Origin: Vibrio sp.
GTDB taxonomy: Bacteria > Pseudomonadota > Gammaproteobacteria > Enterobacterales > Vibrionaceae
Assembly (NCBI RefSeq): GCF_047973365.1
Contig: NZ_JBKEBW010000027.1
Location: forward strand, 7,251-71,250
DNA length: 64,000 nt
Direction: 5' to 3'
Position 1 is the stretch's first letter, and the number at the start of each line of letters is the position of its first letter. Made by a program: the position numbers and the translations under genes. Positions 50,458-61,469 of the stretch are shown one piece after another. Under the pieces are notes generated by a model, which did no database searches, was not told the DNA's origin, and worked only from the letters and a program-made list of their open reading frames with translations.

Positions 50458-51234
50458 CTATTTGAGATGATCCCACGAAATATTAGACACTATTCGGCAG
50501 CGATCACATTTGAAATAAAAGATATCATGCAAAGGTTCATCCAATAGCCACGCCCCACCACACTTAGGGCAAAGGCGCGCTTTTTCATCCGTTAAGCTTT
50601 TACCGCCAACACGATATTGGTAGTAATAAGTCGGTATTTTAGTAATGTATTCAATACGTTGACTTAAGTCCCATCCACGGCGGAACAAGTCACTGTCCAC
50701 TTCGCAAATCTCTTGCAAAGCTGCATGTTCCGCTTTGCAGCCACCCGCCATTTGTAGCTCGTCACACGCCTGCCACTCTGTCTGCCATTTAATCACAGCC
50801 TTATGGTCTCCGTTAAACGTCGCTTCATTGCGATAAAGAGGTATCGGTAGCAAGGTTTCACCACTGCGTAACGGAGAACAGGTATGCACATAAGTGGTGT
50901 AAAGAACCTGCCAACTTGGCGTTTCTTCTTCTGCCGCTTGTTCAGAATTGATATCTCGGCCAAGCAAACGAAACTTGGGCGCAAGTAAACATGCATCTGC
51001 CAGGCGATTAAAACAAACTTTGACAAAATCGGAGTGGTTATTGGGATGCAGGCTATCTTTTTCCGGGCAAACCGCCCGAACAGAGAATTCGCCATCGCCC
51101 ATAATGATGGGGAATTCACGCCCCAGCACCTGACCGTTATAGCGTAATGCATCCATTAATCCGTTGATTGCTTTATCAACAGCGGTGATGGTGGTGTTAT
51201 CAAAACATTCAAATTCCAGTTCAACAACGTACAC
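50458..51234 (-). CDS. Zn-ribbon protein (DUF2310-like)
   Basis: RYNGQVLGRE, PTYYY, CPKC...CDRC; follows syd. Confidence 0.85.
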   Translation of the reverse strand: MYVVELEFECFDNTTITAVDKAINGLMDALRYNGQVLGREFPIIMGDGEFSVRAVCPEKDSLHPNNHSDFVKVCFNRLADACLLAPKFRLLGRDINSEQAAEEETPSWQVLYTTYVHTCSPLRSGETLLPIPLYRNEATFNGDHKAVIKWQTEWQACDELQMAGGCKAEHAALQEICEVDSDLFRRGWDLSQRIEYITKIPTYYYQYRVGGKSLTDEKARLCPKCGGAWLLDEPLHDIFYFKCDRCRIVSNISWDHLK

Positions 51235-51785
51235 TATGCTTGTACCTCTGGCTCAAGCTGAGCAAGAAAACTCGCCACATCTTCACTAAGCACTTGACGG
51301 TTATCCGTGCCTAGCTTTTCAAGAATGACATTACCGGTGAGATTGCATATCGATACCACTTCCATTTCATCATTCGTGGTCGCAATAAATACCGTTGGTT
51401 TCTGCTTTAAACGACGCTGCATGACCAGATGTCCGAGAATGTTTTCCTGTAATCGCTGGTAATCTTCATCACTCCAAACTTGTAACAGATTAAGTGCGTT
51501 GCCTTTCCAGCTCGCTGCCATATCTGCGCTATACTGGCAGCCGTAAAAATCATGAATATCTTGGTGCAACGTAATCTCAATTCCATTCTCAACATTGGTA
51601 AAATCAGCAGCAACTTCCCTTATAACAGGCTGCCAGTAGACACGATCTGCAAGCTTTTGCTCGACACATGGCGAAACCCAGTCTAATAACTCTTCATTTT
51701 CTGGTAAATGTTGGTGCGCCGCTTGATAAGCATCTAAATAACGTTGGCTAAAAGTATGTAAGGCTTCTGCAACAGAATGCGCCAT
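51234..51785 (-). CDS. syd: SecY-interacting protein Syd
   Basis: W.SPC, LLQVWS.ED..RLQEN..GHL.MQRRLK..PTVFI; divergent from queF. Confidence 0.93.
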   Translation of the reverse strand: MAHSVAEALHTFSQRYLDAYQAAHQHLPENEELLDWVSPCVEQKLADRVYWQPVIREVAADFTNVENGIEITLHQDIHDFYGCQYSADMAASWKGNALNLLQVWSDEDYQRLQENILGHLVMQRRLKQKPTVFIATTNDEMEVVSICNLTGNVILEKLGTDNRQVLSEDVASFLAQLEPEVQA

Positions 51786-51894
51786 GAAAATCTCCAATGT
51801 TCCAATTCAATTGAGCTAACTCGCAGCCCTTTGGTGACATAGGCTACGGTATTGCGTAAAATTCTGCTTATTCTAATCGAATTACACACTAAGT

Positions 51895-52740
51895 ATGAGC
51901 AAATATTCCGATGCCAAAGAGTTAGCGGGTCTGACTTTAGGTAAAAAAACCGATTACTCACATCAATATGATCCAACGCTGTTGCAACCGGTGCCGCGCA
52001 GCCTAAACCGTAACGACCTAAATTTGACCGGTGAATTGCCATTTAAAGGCTGCGATATCTGGACGCTCTACGAGTTATCATGGTTGAACCACAAAGGTCT
52101 ACCACAAGTGGCTATCGGGGAGGTTGCTATACCGGCGACTAGCGCCAATTTAATTGAATCTAAGTCGTTCAAGCTTTATCTCAACAGTTTTAACCAGACG
52201 AAGTTTGAAAACTGGCAGCAAGTGGAACAACGGCTGATTGCTGATCTTTCTGCCTGTGCGGGTGAAACCGTTGCGGTAAACGTAAAAAAATTGAGTGACT
52301 ATACCGCCGAGCCCATTGTCACAATGAAAGGCAATTGCATTGACGACCAAGAAATCAGCATTGATAGCTACGATTTCGACCAAACGTTATTAGCAGGTGC
52401 AACCGAAGAGACCATTGTTGATGAAACGCTTCATAGTCATCTTTTGAAATCGAACTGTCTGATCACCAACCAACCAGACTGGGGAAGTGTAGAAATTGAA
52501 TATCGTGGTCCAAAAATTAACCGCGAAGCACTTTTACGTTATATAGTCTCTTTCCGTGAGCACAATGAATTTCATGAACAATGCGTTGAGCGTATTTTTA
52601 TCGACATCAGACGTTTCTGCAAACCAGAGAAATTAACTGTTTTTGCACGTTATACGCGCCGTGGTGGATTAGATATCAACCCTTACCGTTCAACCGAGCA
52701 GGCTGCACCACAAGACAATAAACGTATGGCTCGTCAATAA
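51895..52740 (+). CDS. queF: 7-cyano-7-deazaguanine reductase
   Basis: [41 protein letters not shown]. Confidence 0.97.
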   Translation: MSKYSDAKELAGLTLGKKTDYSHQYDPTLLQPVPRSLNRNDLNLTGELPFKGCDIWTLYELSWLNHKGLPQVAIGEVAIPATSANLIESKSFKLYLNSFNQTKFENWQQVEQRLIADLSACAGETVAVNVKKLSDYTAEPIVTMKGNCIDDQEISIDSYDFDQTLLAGATEETIVDETLHSHLLKSNCLITNQPDWGSVEIEYRGPKINREALLRYIVSFREHNEFHEQCVERIFIDIRRFCKPEKLTVFARYTRRGGLDINPYRSTEQAAPQDNKRMARQ

Positions 52741-52756
52741 AAGGACTTAACTCAGG

Positions 52757-55024
52757 ATGGGATTTATTCGCTGGAAGCTTTGGTTTTCTCTAGCTCTGTT
52801 CTCTTTTTCAGTGTTTTCACAAGCTGCGCCGTACTCTTCTCCGACGCTTAATGAAGCTGAAAGCTTAATAGAAATTTCTCCACAACAAGCTAAAGACCTT
52901 ACCAGTGAATACCTGACCGTAAGAAAGATGGCGGTAAAAGCCGAGCAAACTCCATCTACCGTAGCCAGAGACGAAACCGATAGTCGCCTGCGTACCCCGA
53001 CTAGTACGGTCGATGCGATGAAAATTCTCGCCCAAGCTGAATTTAATCTTGGTTACCCTATTGCAGCTTTCCGTCTGTTGGATGACGCCTACAAAACCAC
53101 TCAAGAGTTTAACCTACCTTATTTGCAACTCGAAATTCAGTTGCTGCAGATTCGCCTCCATTGGCTTGATAACAACGATGTAAATACCGCGCGGGAAAAG
53201 CTGCGTGACATGACTCAACAATACGAATCCATCAGAACCAAAGAACTACCGGCAAGAGGTATCGGCTATAAAATCAAGCTGCTTCGCGCGGAAGTAGCAT
53301 CTAAAGCCAATGATATAGAGCTCGCAAACAAACTGTTCGCTGAGCTGAAAGACGATCTTGAGTTGCTGCTATCTGAAAAGACCAAAATTGAATATCACAT
53401 TATTATTGGCGGTCATTACTTAAACCATGAGCGTTATAATCTAGCTCTTTCCGAATTGTTGGTTGCTTATTGGGGGGCGATTGAATCAAATTCCAGCGCC
53501 TTGCTTGCCAGAACCAACACATTACTAGCCCAGCTGTTTTATGAGCGTAGAGTATTGGATAAAGCGCTTGTTCACCTATCTCAAGCGGCTGATTTTTACG
53601 ATAACTACGAAAAGTCACCAAAACTTGCAATGGTGCTAAAACGCATGGCTGATGTCTATTATGATTTAGGTAAGTACAACCTAGCTTTGGTCCATTATTT
53701 CAACGTTATCGATCATGAAAATAACAACAACAATATCGAGAGCGTCATAGAGACTCGTTTAAATCTCGCCGCTACCTATATTCATCTCTACAACTATCCG
53801 CTTGCTGAACAATATTTGCTACGCGCAGAGGATCTTCTTCAGTACGCTGACATACCACGCTTAAAAGGTAAAGCCGCGCTGCTCAATGCTGGATTAGCTT
53901 TTTATCAGCGTAAAAGTGATCAGGTGATATTAAATGCTCAACGAGCACTTGAAATCAGCCAGTCGATCGCCGATCAAGACATTGAGCAGCAAGCCTACCG
54001 TTTGCTGTCACAAGGTTACGAGCAAATTGGACAATATTCACGAGCCTTAGAGACGATAAAACACAGCAATGTATTAGAAAGACTGCATCAGGAAAAGCTC
54101 AATCAAATCAGTGAAGACGCTTTCCGTCAGCAAAAAGAGTTCGTCGAACAGACACTGCACTTAGTTGGACAAGAAAAAGAGCTTAAAGAAACCAAACGCC
54201 AATACACAAAATTGCAAAAATTGACCTTTACGCTGTTTATTGTCGCGGGTGGTCTGTTTTTGTTAGTTCTACGTCGAAGTTACGTGATTCAGAATCAGTA
54301 TGAAGAAATAGGTGAACTGAATAGCAACTTATTTACTCACTCTCGATCTCGGCTGAGAAACCTTCGTATGCTCAACGCGAAACTACCAAAATCATTACAG
54401 AGAAGTAGCCAGAATTTCGAACTTTGGCATGTGGGTGAATTGATCCACGAACCGCTAAATGATCGTCTACGTTTTGCCATGATCGATGTACCATTCCTAC
54501 GTAACATATATTTGCAATATGGTTACACCGCAGGTCTGGAAACAGAACGAGCGTTTGGTGAATACTTAAAATCGAAGATTGAAGACCCGGCAAGGCTCTA
54601 TCATTTTTCAGACTCAAACTTACTCTATATTGAGCCAAGCACTGACAGAGACAGCCCTCCAGAAGAGATGTTTGCAAAGATTCAACAGTGGATACGCGAG
54701 TTCCAACCTGAGCGCAAAGTGAATCGAATTATTCGTATGGGCATAACTGATTATCCATTTTTACCGAGAGCCTACACGGCGATCAACGACAAAGAACTGC
54801 TTGATATTTTATTAATGGCAACCAATGCTGCTCGTGATCTCAGCATGAAAGAAGACTGTTCGCATTGGGTCCATTTAAAGGCGATTGATAATGCGCCAGC
54901 AGCCAGTTTTGCTTCAAGTAACATGCGAAAATGTTGTAAGCATGCTATCAACCAAGGTTTGATAAAAGTCCACTCATCTCACAATAATGAGGAGAATATC
55001 AAAAAATTATTAAAAGATAGTTAA
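52757..55024 (+). CDS. Exported TPR protein with one TM helix and a degenerate GGDEF-like cytoplasmic domain
   Basis: Signal peptide, TPR-like helices, TM segment FTLFIVAGGLFLLVL, then SRLRN...YGY.AG...LYHFSDS. Confidence 0.75.
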   Translation: MGFIRWKLWFSLALFSFSVFSQAAPYSSPTLNEAESLIEISPQQAKDLTSEYLTVRKMAVKAEQTPSTVARDETDSRLRTPTSTVDAMKILAQAEFNLGYPIAAFRLLDDAYKTTQEFNLPYLQLEIQLLQIRLHWLDNNDVNTAREKLRDMTQQYESIRTKELPARGIGYKIKLLRAEVASKANDIELANKLFAELKDDLELLLSEKTKIEYHIIIGGHYLNHERYNLALSELLVAYWGAIESNSSALLARTNTLLAQLFYERRVLDKALVHLSQAADFYDNYEKSPKLAMVLKRMADVYYDLGKYNLALVHYFNVIDHENNNNNIESVIETRLNLAATYIHLYNYPLAEQYLLRAEDLLQYADIPRLKGKAALLNAGLAFYQRKSDQVILNAQRALEISQSIADQDIEQQAYRLLSQGYEQIGQYSRALETIKHSNVLERLHQEKLNQISEDAFRQQKEFVEQTLHLVGQEKELKETKRQYTKLQKLTFTLFIVAGGLFLLVLRRSYVIQNQYEEIGELNSNLFTHSRSRLRNLRMLNAKLPKSLQRSSQNFELWHVGELIHEPLNDRLRFAMIDVPFLRNIYLQYGYTAGLETERAFGEYLKSKIEDPARLYHFSDSNLLYIEPSTDRDSPPEEMFAKIQQWIREFQPERKVNRIIRMGITDYPFLPRAYTAINDKELLDILLMATNAARDLSMKEDCSHWVHLKAIDNAPAASFASSNMRKCCKHAINQGLIKVHSSHNNEENIKKLLKDS

Positions 55025-55133
55025 ATCTAAGCCGATAAACAAAGAGATACGATGACGTATCAAATAGATTTGCTATTATCGATAAATCAGTAATTAGCAT
55101 TGTAACCACCCTAAATATTTAGCATTTTTATCA

Positions 55134-56699
55134 ATGGGCGTATTAGAGCAAGATATCCAGATTCAGTTACACCAACTCAAAATGCAGTTGGAGCAGACGC
55201 GTTTAACACATAGGGATAACTCGCTCAAATTTACCTTAGAGCAAAAAGTCCTTAAACGAATCGTCGCATCACTCAGCCTTGCCTGCAAAGGTGAGGATAC
55301 TCGCCTCAACCAAAATTTAGTGGAATTACGAGAAGCGCTTGAACAACAGAAAGACGTCAGCATTTTAATTCCTCGCTTGGCCGTATTGGAGCGCATGTTG
55401 AAGAAGCAAACGTTAGACACCGAGAAGCAAAAGCAACATTTAGACCAACAGGTAAAGCACAGTGGTGAAGTACTGCTACGCATTCCGGGCTTACCCTCTA
55501 AAATCAAACGCGATCTCCGTGACCTTCTCAGTTTTTCAACGGGTCAAAACCTGCCTAAAATAGACCAAGCTTTGCGTCTGTTGGCGATTTATGAACGTTC
55601 GATCAAAATCATCACCACCAATCCAAATTCTGTTGTCGAAGATCTCACTCAGAGCGCAGATAAGGAGATCCTTCTCAAGTTGAATGAAGAGCTACAACTG
55701 CTCATCACTGAACTTGACTTTGAAGGTGAATCAGGTGATTTACTCAGCGATATTCGAGCTAAGTTACTTCTCGGGGTAAATACTCAAGTTTTACTTGAAC
55801 TGACTCTGGAAGTTTTAAAACTGGTTATTGCGGGTACTAACTACGAGCGCAAAACATCAGAAAAATTCCTTGAGCAGGTGAACGCCTCCTTATCCACCAG
55901 TTTAAAAAGCTCAACACTCAATGTTGAACAGGGTCATAGCTATTTCGAACACCGCAAAGATATGCATAAAGAGCTAGGCTCTCTCGTGTCAAGAAGCCAA
56001 ACAGCTGTTCGTGATGGCACTGAAATTAACGCGTTAAAAAGCACGCTAAATCCATTAATCAGTGAACTTACATCGTTATCTGAACGACTGACACTGGCGG
56101 AAGCTCGCGAGCAAGCTCTTATTGAACGAATGGATTACACCAAAAGCCAAATGGAAGCGCTTTACGAGGTAACGCAAGATTATCGTCGACGCTTAGAAGA
56201 TCAGACTCAGCGCATGCTGCAAGATCCTCTCACCAAGGTTTACAACCGCACAGCTTTTAATGACCACTTAGAGCTCGAATATCGCCGTTGGATTCGCGCG
56301 CAACATAACCTACGCGTTGTGATACTAGATATCGACAAATTCAAAGCGATTAATGATAGCTTTGGTTACACCGCTGGCGATAAAGCTTTGAAAATCATCG
56401 CGCGTACCATCAAAAACAACATTGAAGACACAGATACCGTAGCCCGTTTTTCGGGTGAAGAATTTGTGTTGTTGTTGCCAGAGCGGACAGACTCTGAGTG
56501 CTACCAAATCGTGCAAAAAATTCAACGCAGTATTTCTCACTTACCGTTTAAGTTCCGCGACAAAAACATCACCATTACGTTGAGCGCGGCAAGTACATTA
56601 TTCAAAGATTCTGATTCACCGGAGATTGTTCTTGAGCGTTTACATGCTGCACTTAACAACGGTAAAAAGTTCGGCCCGAACCAAATAACTTGGAAATAG
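55134..56699 (+). CDS. GGDEF-domain protein with SGEEF active site (CdgG-like)
   Basis: DPLT, DIDKFKAINDSFGY, ARFSGEEF. Confidence 0.85.
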   Translation: MGVLEQDIQIQLHQLKMQLEQTRLTHRDNSLKFTLEQKVLKRIVASLSLACKGEDTRLNQNLVELREALEQQKDVSILIPRLAVLERMLKKQTLDTEKQKQHLDQQVKHSGEVLLRIPGLPSKIKRDLRDLLSFSTGQNLPKIDQALRLLAIYERSIKIITTNPNSVVEDLTQSADKEILLKLNEELQLLITELDFEGESGDLLSDIRAKLLLGVNTQVLLELTLEVLKLVIAGTNYERKTSEKFLEQVNASLSTSLKSSTLNVEQGHSYFEHRKDMHKELGSLVSRSQTAVRDGTEINALKSTLNPLISELTSLSERLTLAEAREQALIERMDYTKSQMEALYEVTQDYRRRLEDQTQRMLQDPLTKVYNRTAFNDHLELEYRRWIRAQHNLRVVILDIDKFKAINDSFGYTAGDKALKIIARTIKNNIEDTDTVARFSGEEFVLLLPERTDSECYQIVQKIQRSISHLPFKFRDKNITITLSAASTLFKDSDSPEIVLERLHAALNNGKKFGPNQITWK

Positions 56700-56895
56700 A
56701 GTCGTTGTGAACAATCATTAATCATATTTAGCATGATTACACGATGCAGTTCACAGTTTATCGAGTATCGTGTTCACCATATTCCACAGAGCGCACAAGA
56801 TTGATACTTTGAAACACCGTTCAGTCAGCTAGCTCCTTTGAATTCAATACGTAGCGCAGAAACGGTGTTGTTCCCCCACAATCAAGGAGGGCCTT

Positions 56896-58254
56896 ATGAT
56901 TACTCAAGTCAGCCCAGCAGGGAGTATGGACCTACTCTCACAACTGGAAGTAGAACGATTAAAAAAAACGGCGTCTAGTGATCTTTACCAGCTTTACCGT
57001 AACTGTAGCCTTGCGGTACTCAACTCTGGCAGTCACACAGACAACTCAAAAGAGCTATTAGACAAATACACTAATTTTGATATTACGGTGATGCGCCGCG
57101 AACGTGGTGTGAAACTAGAGCTGACTAATCCACCTGAGCACGCTTTTGTCGATGGTCATATCATTAAAGGCATTCAAGAACATCTGTTCTCTGTACTGCG
57201 TGACATTGTTTACGTCAATATGCACATCGCGGTAGGTCAACGTCTTAACCTAACCAATTCGACCCATATCACCGATCTAGTGTTTGGTATTTTGCGTAAC
57301 GCAGGAGCCCTTATCCCAGGTATTACACCAAACTTAGTCGTATGCTGGGGGGGACACTCAATCAATCCAATCGAATACCAATACACTCGTGAAGTTGGTA
57401 ACGAATTGGGTCTGCGTGAGTTAAACATCTGTACCGGGTGTGGACCGGGAGCAATGGAAGGACCAATGAAAGGGGCGGCAATTGGTCACGCTAAACAGCG
57501 CTATGCAGATAAACGTTATATTGGGTTAACAGAACCTTCTATCATTGCTGCTGAGCCACCAAACCCAATCGTCAATGAACTGATCATCATGCCTGATATC
57601 GAAAAACGCTTAGAAGCGTTTGTTAGAATGGCACACGGTATCATTATCTTCCCTGGCGGTCCTGGTACAGCAGAAGAGCTTCTCTACCTACTCGGTATCA
57701 TGATGCATCCAGAAAACGCTAATCAACCAATGCCTATTGTGTTAACCGGTCCGAAAGAGAGCGAAGAGTACTTCCGTTCAATTGATGAGTTTATTGGTGA
57801 AACACTCGGTGCTGAAGCACAGAAACATTACACTATCGTGATTGATAACCCGGCAGAAGCCGCACGCATTATAAAAAATGCCATGCCCAAAGTACGTCAA
57901 TTACGTAAAGATAACGAAGATGCGTATAGTTTTAACTGGTCACTGAAAATTGAACCTGAGTTCCAACTGCCGTTTGAACCAACTCATGAAAACATGGCTA
58001 ATTTAGATTTGCACTTAAACCAACGTCCGGAAGTCTTGGCAGCCAATTTACGCCGAGCTTTCTCCGGTATTGTAGCAGGCAACGTCAAATCGGAAGGGAT
58101 TCGAGAGATTGAACGCCATGGTCCATTTACTCTGCATGGTGATTCAAAATTAATGAAGAAGATGGATAAGCTACTGAAAGACTTCGTTGAACAACATCGT
58201 ATGAAGCTTCCAGGTGGAACGGCATATGTCCCTTGTTATCGCATTGAAAGTTAG
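56896..58254 (+). CDS. ppnN: Nucleotide 5'-monophosphate nucleosidase PpnN
   Basis: [25 protein letters not shown] (LOG family). Confidence 0.95.
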   Translation: MITQVSPAGSMDLLSQLEVERLKKTASSDLYQLYRNCSLAVLNSGSHTDNSKELLDKYTNFDITVMRRERGVKLELTNPPEHAFVDGHIIKGIQEHLFSVLRDIVYVNMHIAVGQRLNLTNSTHITDLVFGILRNAGALIPGITPNLVVCWGGHSINPIEYQYTREVGNELGLRELNICTGCGPGAMEGPMKGAAIGHAKQRYADKRYIGLTEPSIIAAEPPNPIVNELIIMPDIEKRLEAFVRMAHGIIIFPGGPGTAEELLYLLGIMMHPENANQPMPIVLTGPKESEEYFRSIDEFIGETLGAEAQKHYTIVIDNPAEAARIIKNAMPKVRQLRKDNEDAYSFNWSLKIEPEFQLPFEPTHENMANLDLHLNQRPEVLAANLRRAFSGIVAGNVKSEGIREIERHGPFTLHGDSKLMKKMDKLLKDFVEQHRMKLPGGTAYVPCYRIES

Positions 58255-58320
58255 TCGCGGTAGTAATGTGGTTAAATTTCATTAAAATAAGGGGCAATCG
58301 CTCCTTATTTTTTTGTGTTT

Positions 58321-59091
58321 ATGTCTATTCATCTTGTCATTATTGATGCTCTTAACCTCATTCGCCGTGTGCATTCTGCGCAGCCAGATCCTAATGATAT
58401 CGAGAGAACCATAACCACAACCACCCGCACGCTACAACGTATTATCAGCGAATCTGAGCCGACCCATATCATTGCAGTTTTTGATCATCACCTGCAAGAC
58501 AGAGGCTGGCGAGCCGAACTTCTCCCGAGCTACAAGGAAGGCCGCAAACCTATGCCAGAACCTTTGCAGCTAGGACTGGACAATATTCAGCAAGCATGGT
58601 GGGAATTGGGTATTGATTCACTGCTTTCGCAAGGTGATGAAGCCGATGATTTGGTTGCAACATTGGCATGTAAAGTAGCAAGCCACAATGAAAAAGTCAC
58701 CATCATCTCCACCGATAAAGGTTACTGCCAACTGCTCTCACCGACTTTGCAAATCCGAGACTACTTCCAGCACCGCTGGTTAGACGAACCTTTTATTCAG
58801 CATGAATTTGGCGTTAAACCTTCACAGCTTGCAGACTACTGGGGACTAACCGGCATCAGCTCTAGCCAAGTTCCCGGTGTTGTTGGTATTGGACCTAAAG
58901 CCGCAAAAGAAATTTTGACTCAATTTTGCGATATCGAACAAGCTTACAACAGCACTGAACTAGCCGCTAAATATCGCAAAAAACTGGATGAACATATTGA
59001 GATGGCTCGCATCTGCAAACAAATATCAACGCTGAAAACCGACATCGAACTTGGCTTCAATCTTCAGGACATCCGCTTTAACAAAGAGTAA
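58321..59091 (+). CDS. xni: Flap endonuclease Xni
   Basis: IIDALNLIRR, EADDL, STDKG, PGVVGIGPK. Confidence 0.95.
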   Translation: MSIHLVIIDALNLIRRVHSAQPDPNDIERTITTTTRTLQRIISESEPTHIIAVFDHHLQDRGWRAELLPSYKEGRKPMPEPLQLGLDNIQQAWWELGIDSLLSQGDEADDLVATLACKVASHNEKVTIISTDKGYCQLLSPTLQIRDYFQHRWLDEPFIQHEFGVKPSQLADYWGLTGISSSQVPGVVGIGPKAAKEILTQFCDIEQAYNSTELAAKYRKKLDEHIEMARICKQISTLKTDIELGFNLQDIRFNKE

Positions 59092-59382
59092 CTAGCGCAT
59101 AATCTATATTTGTCATTCCAGAATTGCGTAACGAAATATCTGGAATGACGGCACTCATACAATTTATTTAGTGTGGCGAAATCGTCTTTAATGTTGTGGC
59201 GAGTCGCGACAAATGAACACTTGAGTCTCGTTAATTGAACAAAGTATAAGTGTATTTTTATGCATGCAATGTGCGTGATTAATAGCATTTGAGTTGTGTT
59301 TATTCTATGGTTGTAATGTCTTCACTATGATACACCTTTCTGTGCATCGTGCTCACTAGGTTAATACTAAATAACGTCTAGC

Positions 59383-59790
59383 CTAGCTTAAGTGATCTGT
59401 CATAGGTGAAGGCACTTGTTCACGAATAGCTTTCATGGAATCACCAACCTCTTGGATGTGATGACGGATTGCGTGCTCGGATTGGCGATACTTTCTAGCA
59501 AGATCGAATATGTTATTGCCTGTGAACTCACTGTAAATAAGGTGCTTTTGTATTATCTCTTCTACTTTATTCCTTTTCGGGAAATATACTTGTACGCCCC
59601 CCATGAGGTCACATAAAGCGATAAATAATCGAACAAACGCAACATTATCTAAGTGTTGACGCTCTGCTATATCTTTGAGCGTCCAGTACATCTCACCGAC
59701 GATACTATGGTCTTTACTAATCTCAGTATCCAGTATCGCTAGAAAGTCTTCACGATTAATTAACTTATCCCACTCTGTAGAATTACGCAT
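59383..59790 (-). CDS. Mor/C-family (phage Mu) transcription activator, copy 2
   Basis: LCDLMGGVQVYFPK...IYSEFTGNNIFDLARKY; GGAG RBS. Confidence 0.88.
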   Translation of the reverse strand: MRNSTEWDKLINREDFLAILDTEISKDHSIVGEMYWTLKDIAERQHLDNVAFVRLFIALCDLMGGVQVYFPKRNKVEEIIQKHLIYSEFTGNNIFDLARKYRQSEHAIRHHIQEVGDSMKAIREQVPSPMTDHLS

Positions 59791-60081
59791 TGTTTTTCTC
59801 CGGTTTAACTTGGTAAGTATAAAGAAGAGTCACATCATTTTTTATCGCTGCGGCGGTACGACCATGTTCTTCAATATCATTAATGATAAAAGCTTGCCTT
59901 ATTTTTCCGTGTAGAGTTCTTTCTTGCTTTATATATAAAATGTAAGGAGATATTAAACGGAGACTAAATATATCACCCTCACTTAAGCGCAAACCATATA
60001 TATGTCATAATGTATAAAACATTTCGAATTTTTTAGTTTTTTGGCTCATGTAAATACTTCATGTTATATTATAGCGTTTAT

Positions 60082-60441
60082 TTATTTGTTATATTTTGCA
60101 TTTCTTATTATTCTATATATTTGCGCGCGACATAATTTATACTTTTTTACCAAATAACTTATATCATTTTCACTAAAATCTTCGACTATTTGAATATCCC
60201 TTAAATGGCGTTTTAAAGCATCCGCACGTCCTAAATATAATTGGTTTCCGCCAAAATGCTCACAGATGTTGATAATTAAAGGAGTCGCTATTTTTTCATC
60301 CACACCACTATCCTTTAAAGTGGCTTTAATTAACCCATACATCTCACGAACCTCTTCAGGCCATTTGATGGACTCTTTGCTATGTTGAGGCTCTAGATGT
60401 TTATTTTTAGCAAGTGATTGCATAGATAGTTTTGACTTCAT
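60082..60441 (-). CDS. Mor/C-family (phage Mu) transcription activator, copy 1
   Basis: WPE...GVD...ICEHFGGNQLYLGR..L...LRD.QI..DF...LVKKYKL...QIYRII. Confidence 0.88.
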   Translation of the reverse strand: MKSKLSMQSLAKNKHLEPQHSKESIKWPEEVREMYGLIKATLKDSGVDEKIATPLIINICEHFGGNQLYLGRADALKRHLRDIQIVEDFSENDISYLVKKYKLCRAQIYRIIRNAKYNK

Positions 60442-60516
60442 AATACCCCCGAAAAATGACGCTCATTGCGTAATATACGCTGAATCAGATTCTTAATACT
60501 ATTAGAGTGTTAGTTG

Positions 60517-60553
60517 TCATCACTCTGTAGGAATCGTATTTACAGAGTGATGA
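60517..60553. other. 13-bp stem hairpin directly after the capsid gene
   Basis: TCATCACTCTGTA-N11-TACAGAGTGATGA; no U-tract on the coding strand. Confidence 0.6.
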
Positions 60554-60566
60554 TGGAATTAATAAC

Positions 60567-61469
60567 TTATTCAAGCCAAGGGCAAACAAAGACATCAACA
60601 ATCTTATAGTTGATATTACTGTCGCCACCATCAATGCGCTCTTTAAGAACTACGTCATGAGCCTGTTGGCGCAAACTTGGCGGTACAACTAAAACCGTAG
60701 GACGAATGTGCATTGGTCTCTCTTGCGGGTCTTTTCTAGCGGTCATCATGCTATAAACAGCATTAAAGTTATCAGAATTTAGATCTGCTTTTGTCGCGGC
60801 AGCTAACTGCCAGAACGAGAACCCCGCATTACCACGAGCGCGGATACCATAGAGGTACTCATCATGTAAAAACGTATGAGAGTTGTTGTTCATATTCGTG
60901 AGAGTTTGCATTTCCGGTTTAATTCGTTCTTGCCAAATTAACGGTTTTAAAGCTCTACTAGTGTCGAGTAAAAACCACGGTTTACTTGCATTCCCTGCAT
61001 CCGAAATAAACAAATTACTTTGAACTTCACCTTTTTCATTGATGGGGTGTTCCTTAGAAAAAAACGGTTTTCCATCAAAGCACAATTCTTCAAATCCTTG
61101 CTTTAATAGACCGAAAATATATTCATTTGGGAATTCATTTGCTTCACGTCCCATATCTTCAAATACAGGCGCATATTTACCATAATCATTATCTTCAAAA
61201 TCTTCACGTGGGACAGAAATCGTTGACTCAAACTTTTTATTTGTTACGGAATAGTTGTAACTTTTTAATTTGTTTAAATGTCGTTCACCAATCCATTCTC
61301 GAACGCGGGGGAAACGGTCTAGAAAACCATAACCTGTTGTATTTGAGGTCGAAGGAATAATGGTGGCTATTTGTGTGTAATCTGTAACAGCGTTATCAAC
61401 TCCTGCACCAAAGCGTGCAGCAAATGCGGTGGATGCGCTAACAACTGTCTGTGCGGCTTTATCACTCAT
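60567..61469 (-). CDS. Mu-like major capsid protein (gpT family)
   Basis: FPRVREWIGER, NKKFESTISVPREDFED, CFDGKPFFSKEHP, LLDTSRALKPLIWQER, GFSFWQLA, RPTVLVVP; full length at 300 aa. Confidence 0.92.
   Translation of the reverse strand: MSDKAAQTVVSASTAFAARFGAGVDNAVTDYTQIATIIPSTSNTTGYGFLDRFPRVREWIGERHLNKLKSYNYSVTNKKFESTISVPREDFEDNDYGKYAPVFEDMGREANEFPNEYIFGLLKQGFEELCFDGKPFFSKEHPINEKGEVQSNLFISDAGNASKPWFLLDTSRALKPLIWQERIKPEMQTLTNMNNNSHTFLHDEYLYGIRARGNAGFSFWQLAAATKADLNSDNFNAVYSMMTARKDPQERPMHIRPTVLVVPPSLRQQAHDVVLKERIDGGDSNINYKIVDVFVCPWLE

Noticed and set aside
59112..59149. GTCATTCCAGA-N16-TCTGGAATGAC hairpin as an islet attachment site
   Set aside because: No second copy at the other end of the islet; more simply a hairpin ending xni transcripts or a degenerate REP.
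59064..59992. Small ORFs 59064-59288, 59416-59616, 59675-59914 and 59783-59992
   Set aside because: They overlap real genes or AT-rich spacers, with no recognisable motif or convincing RBS.
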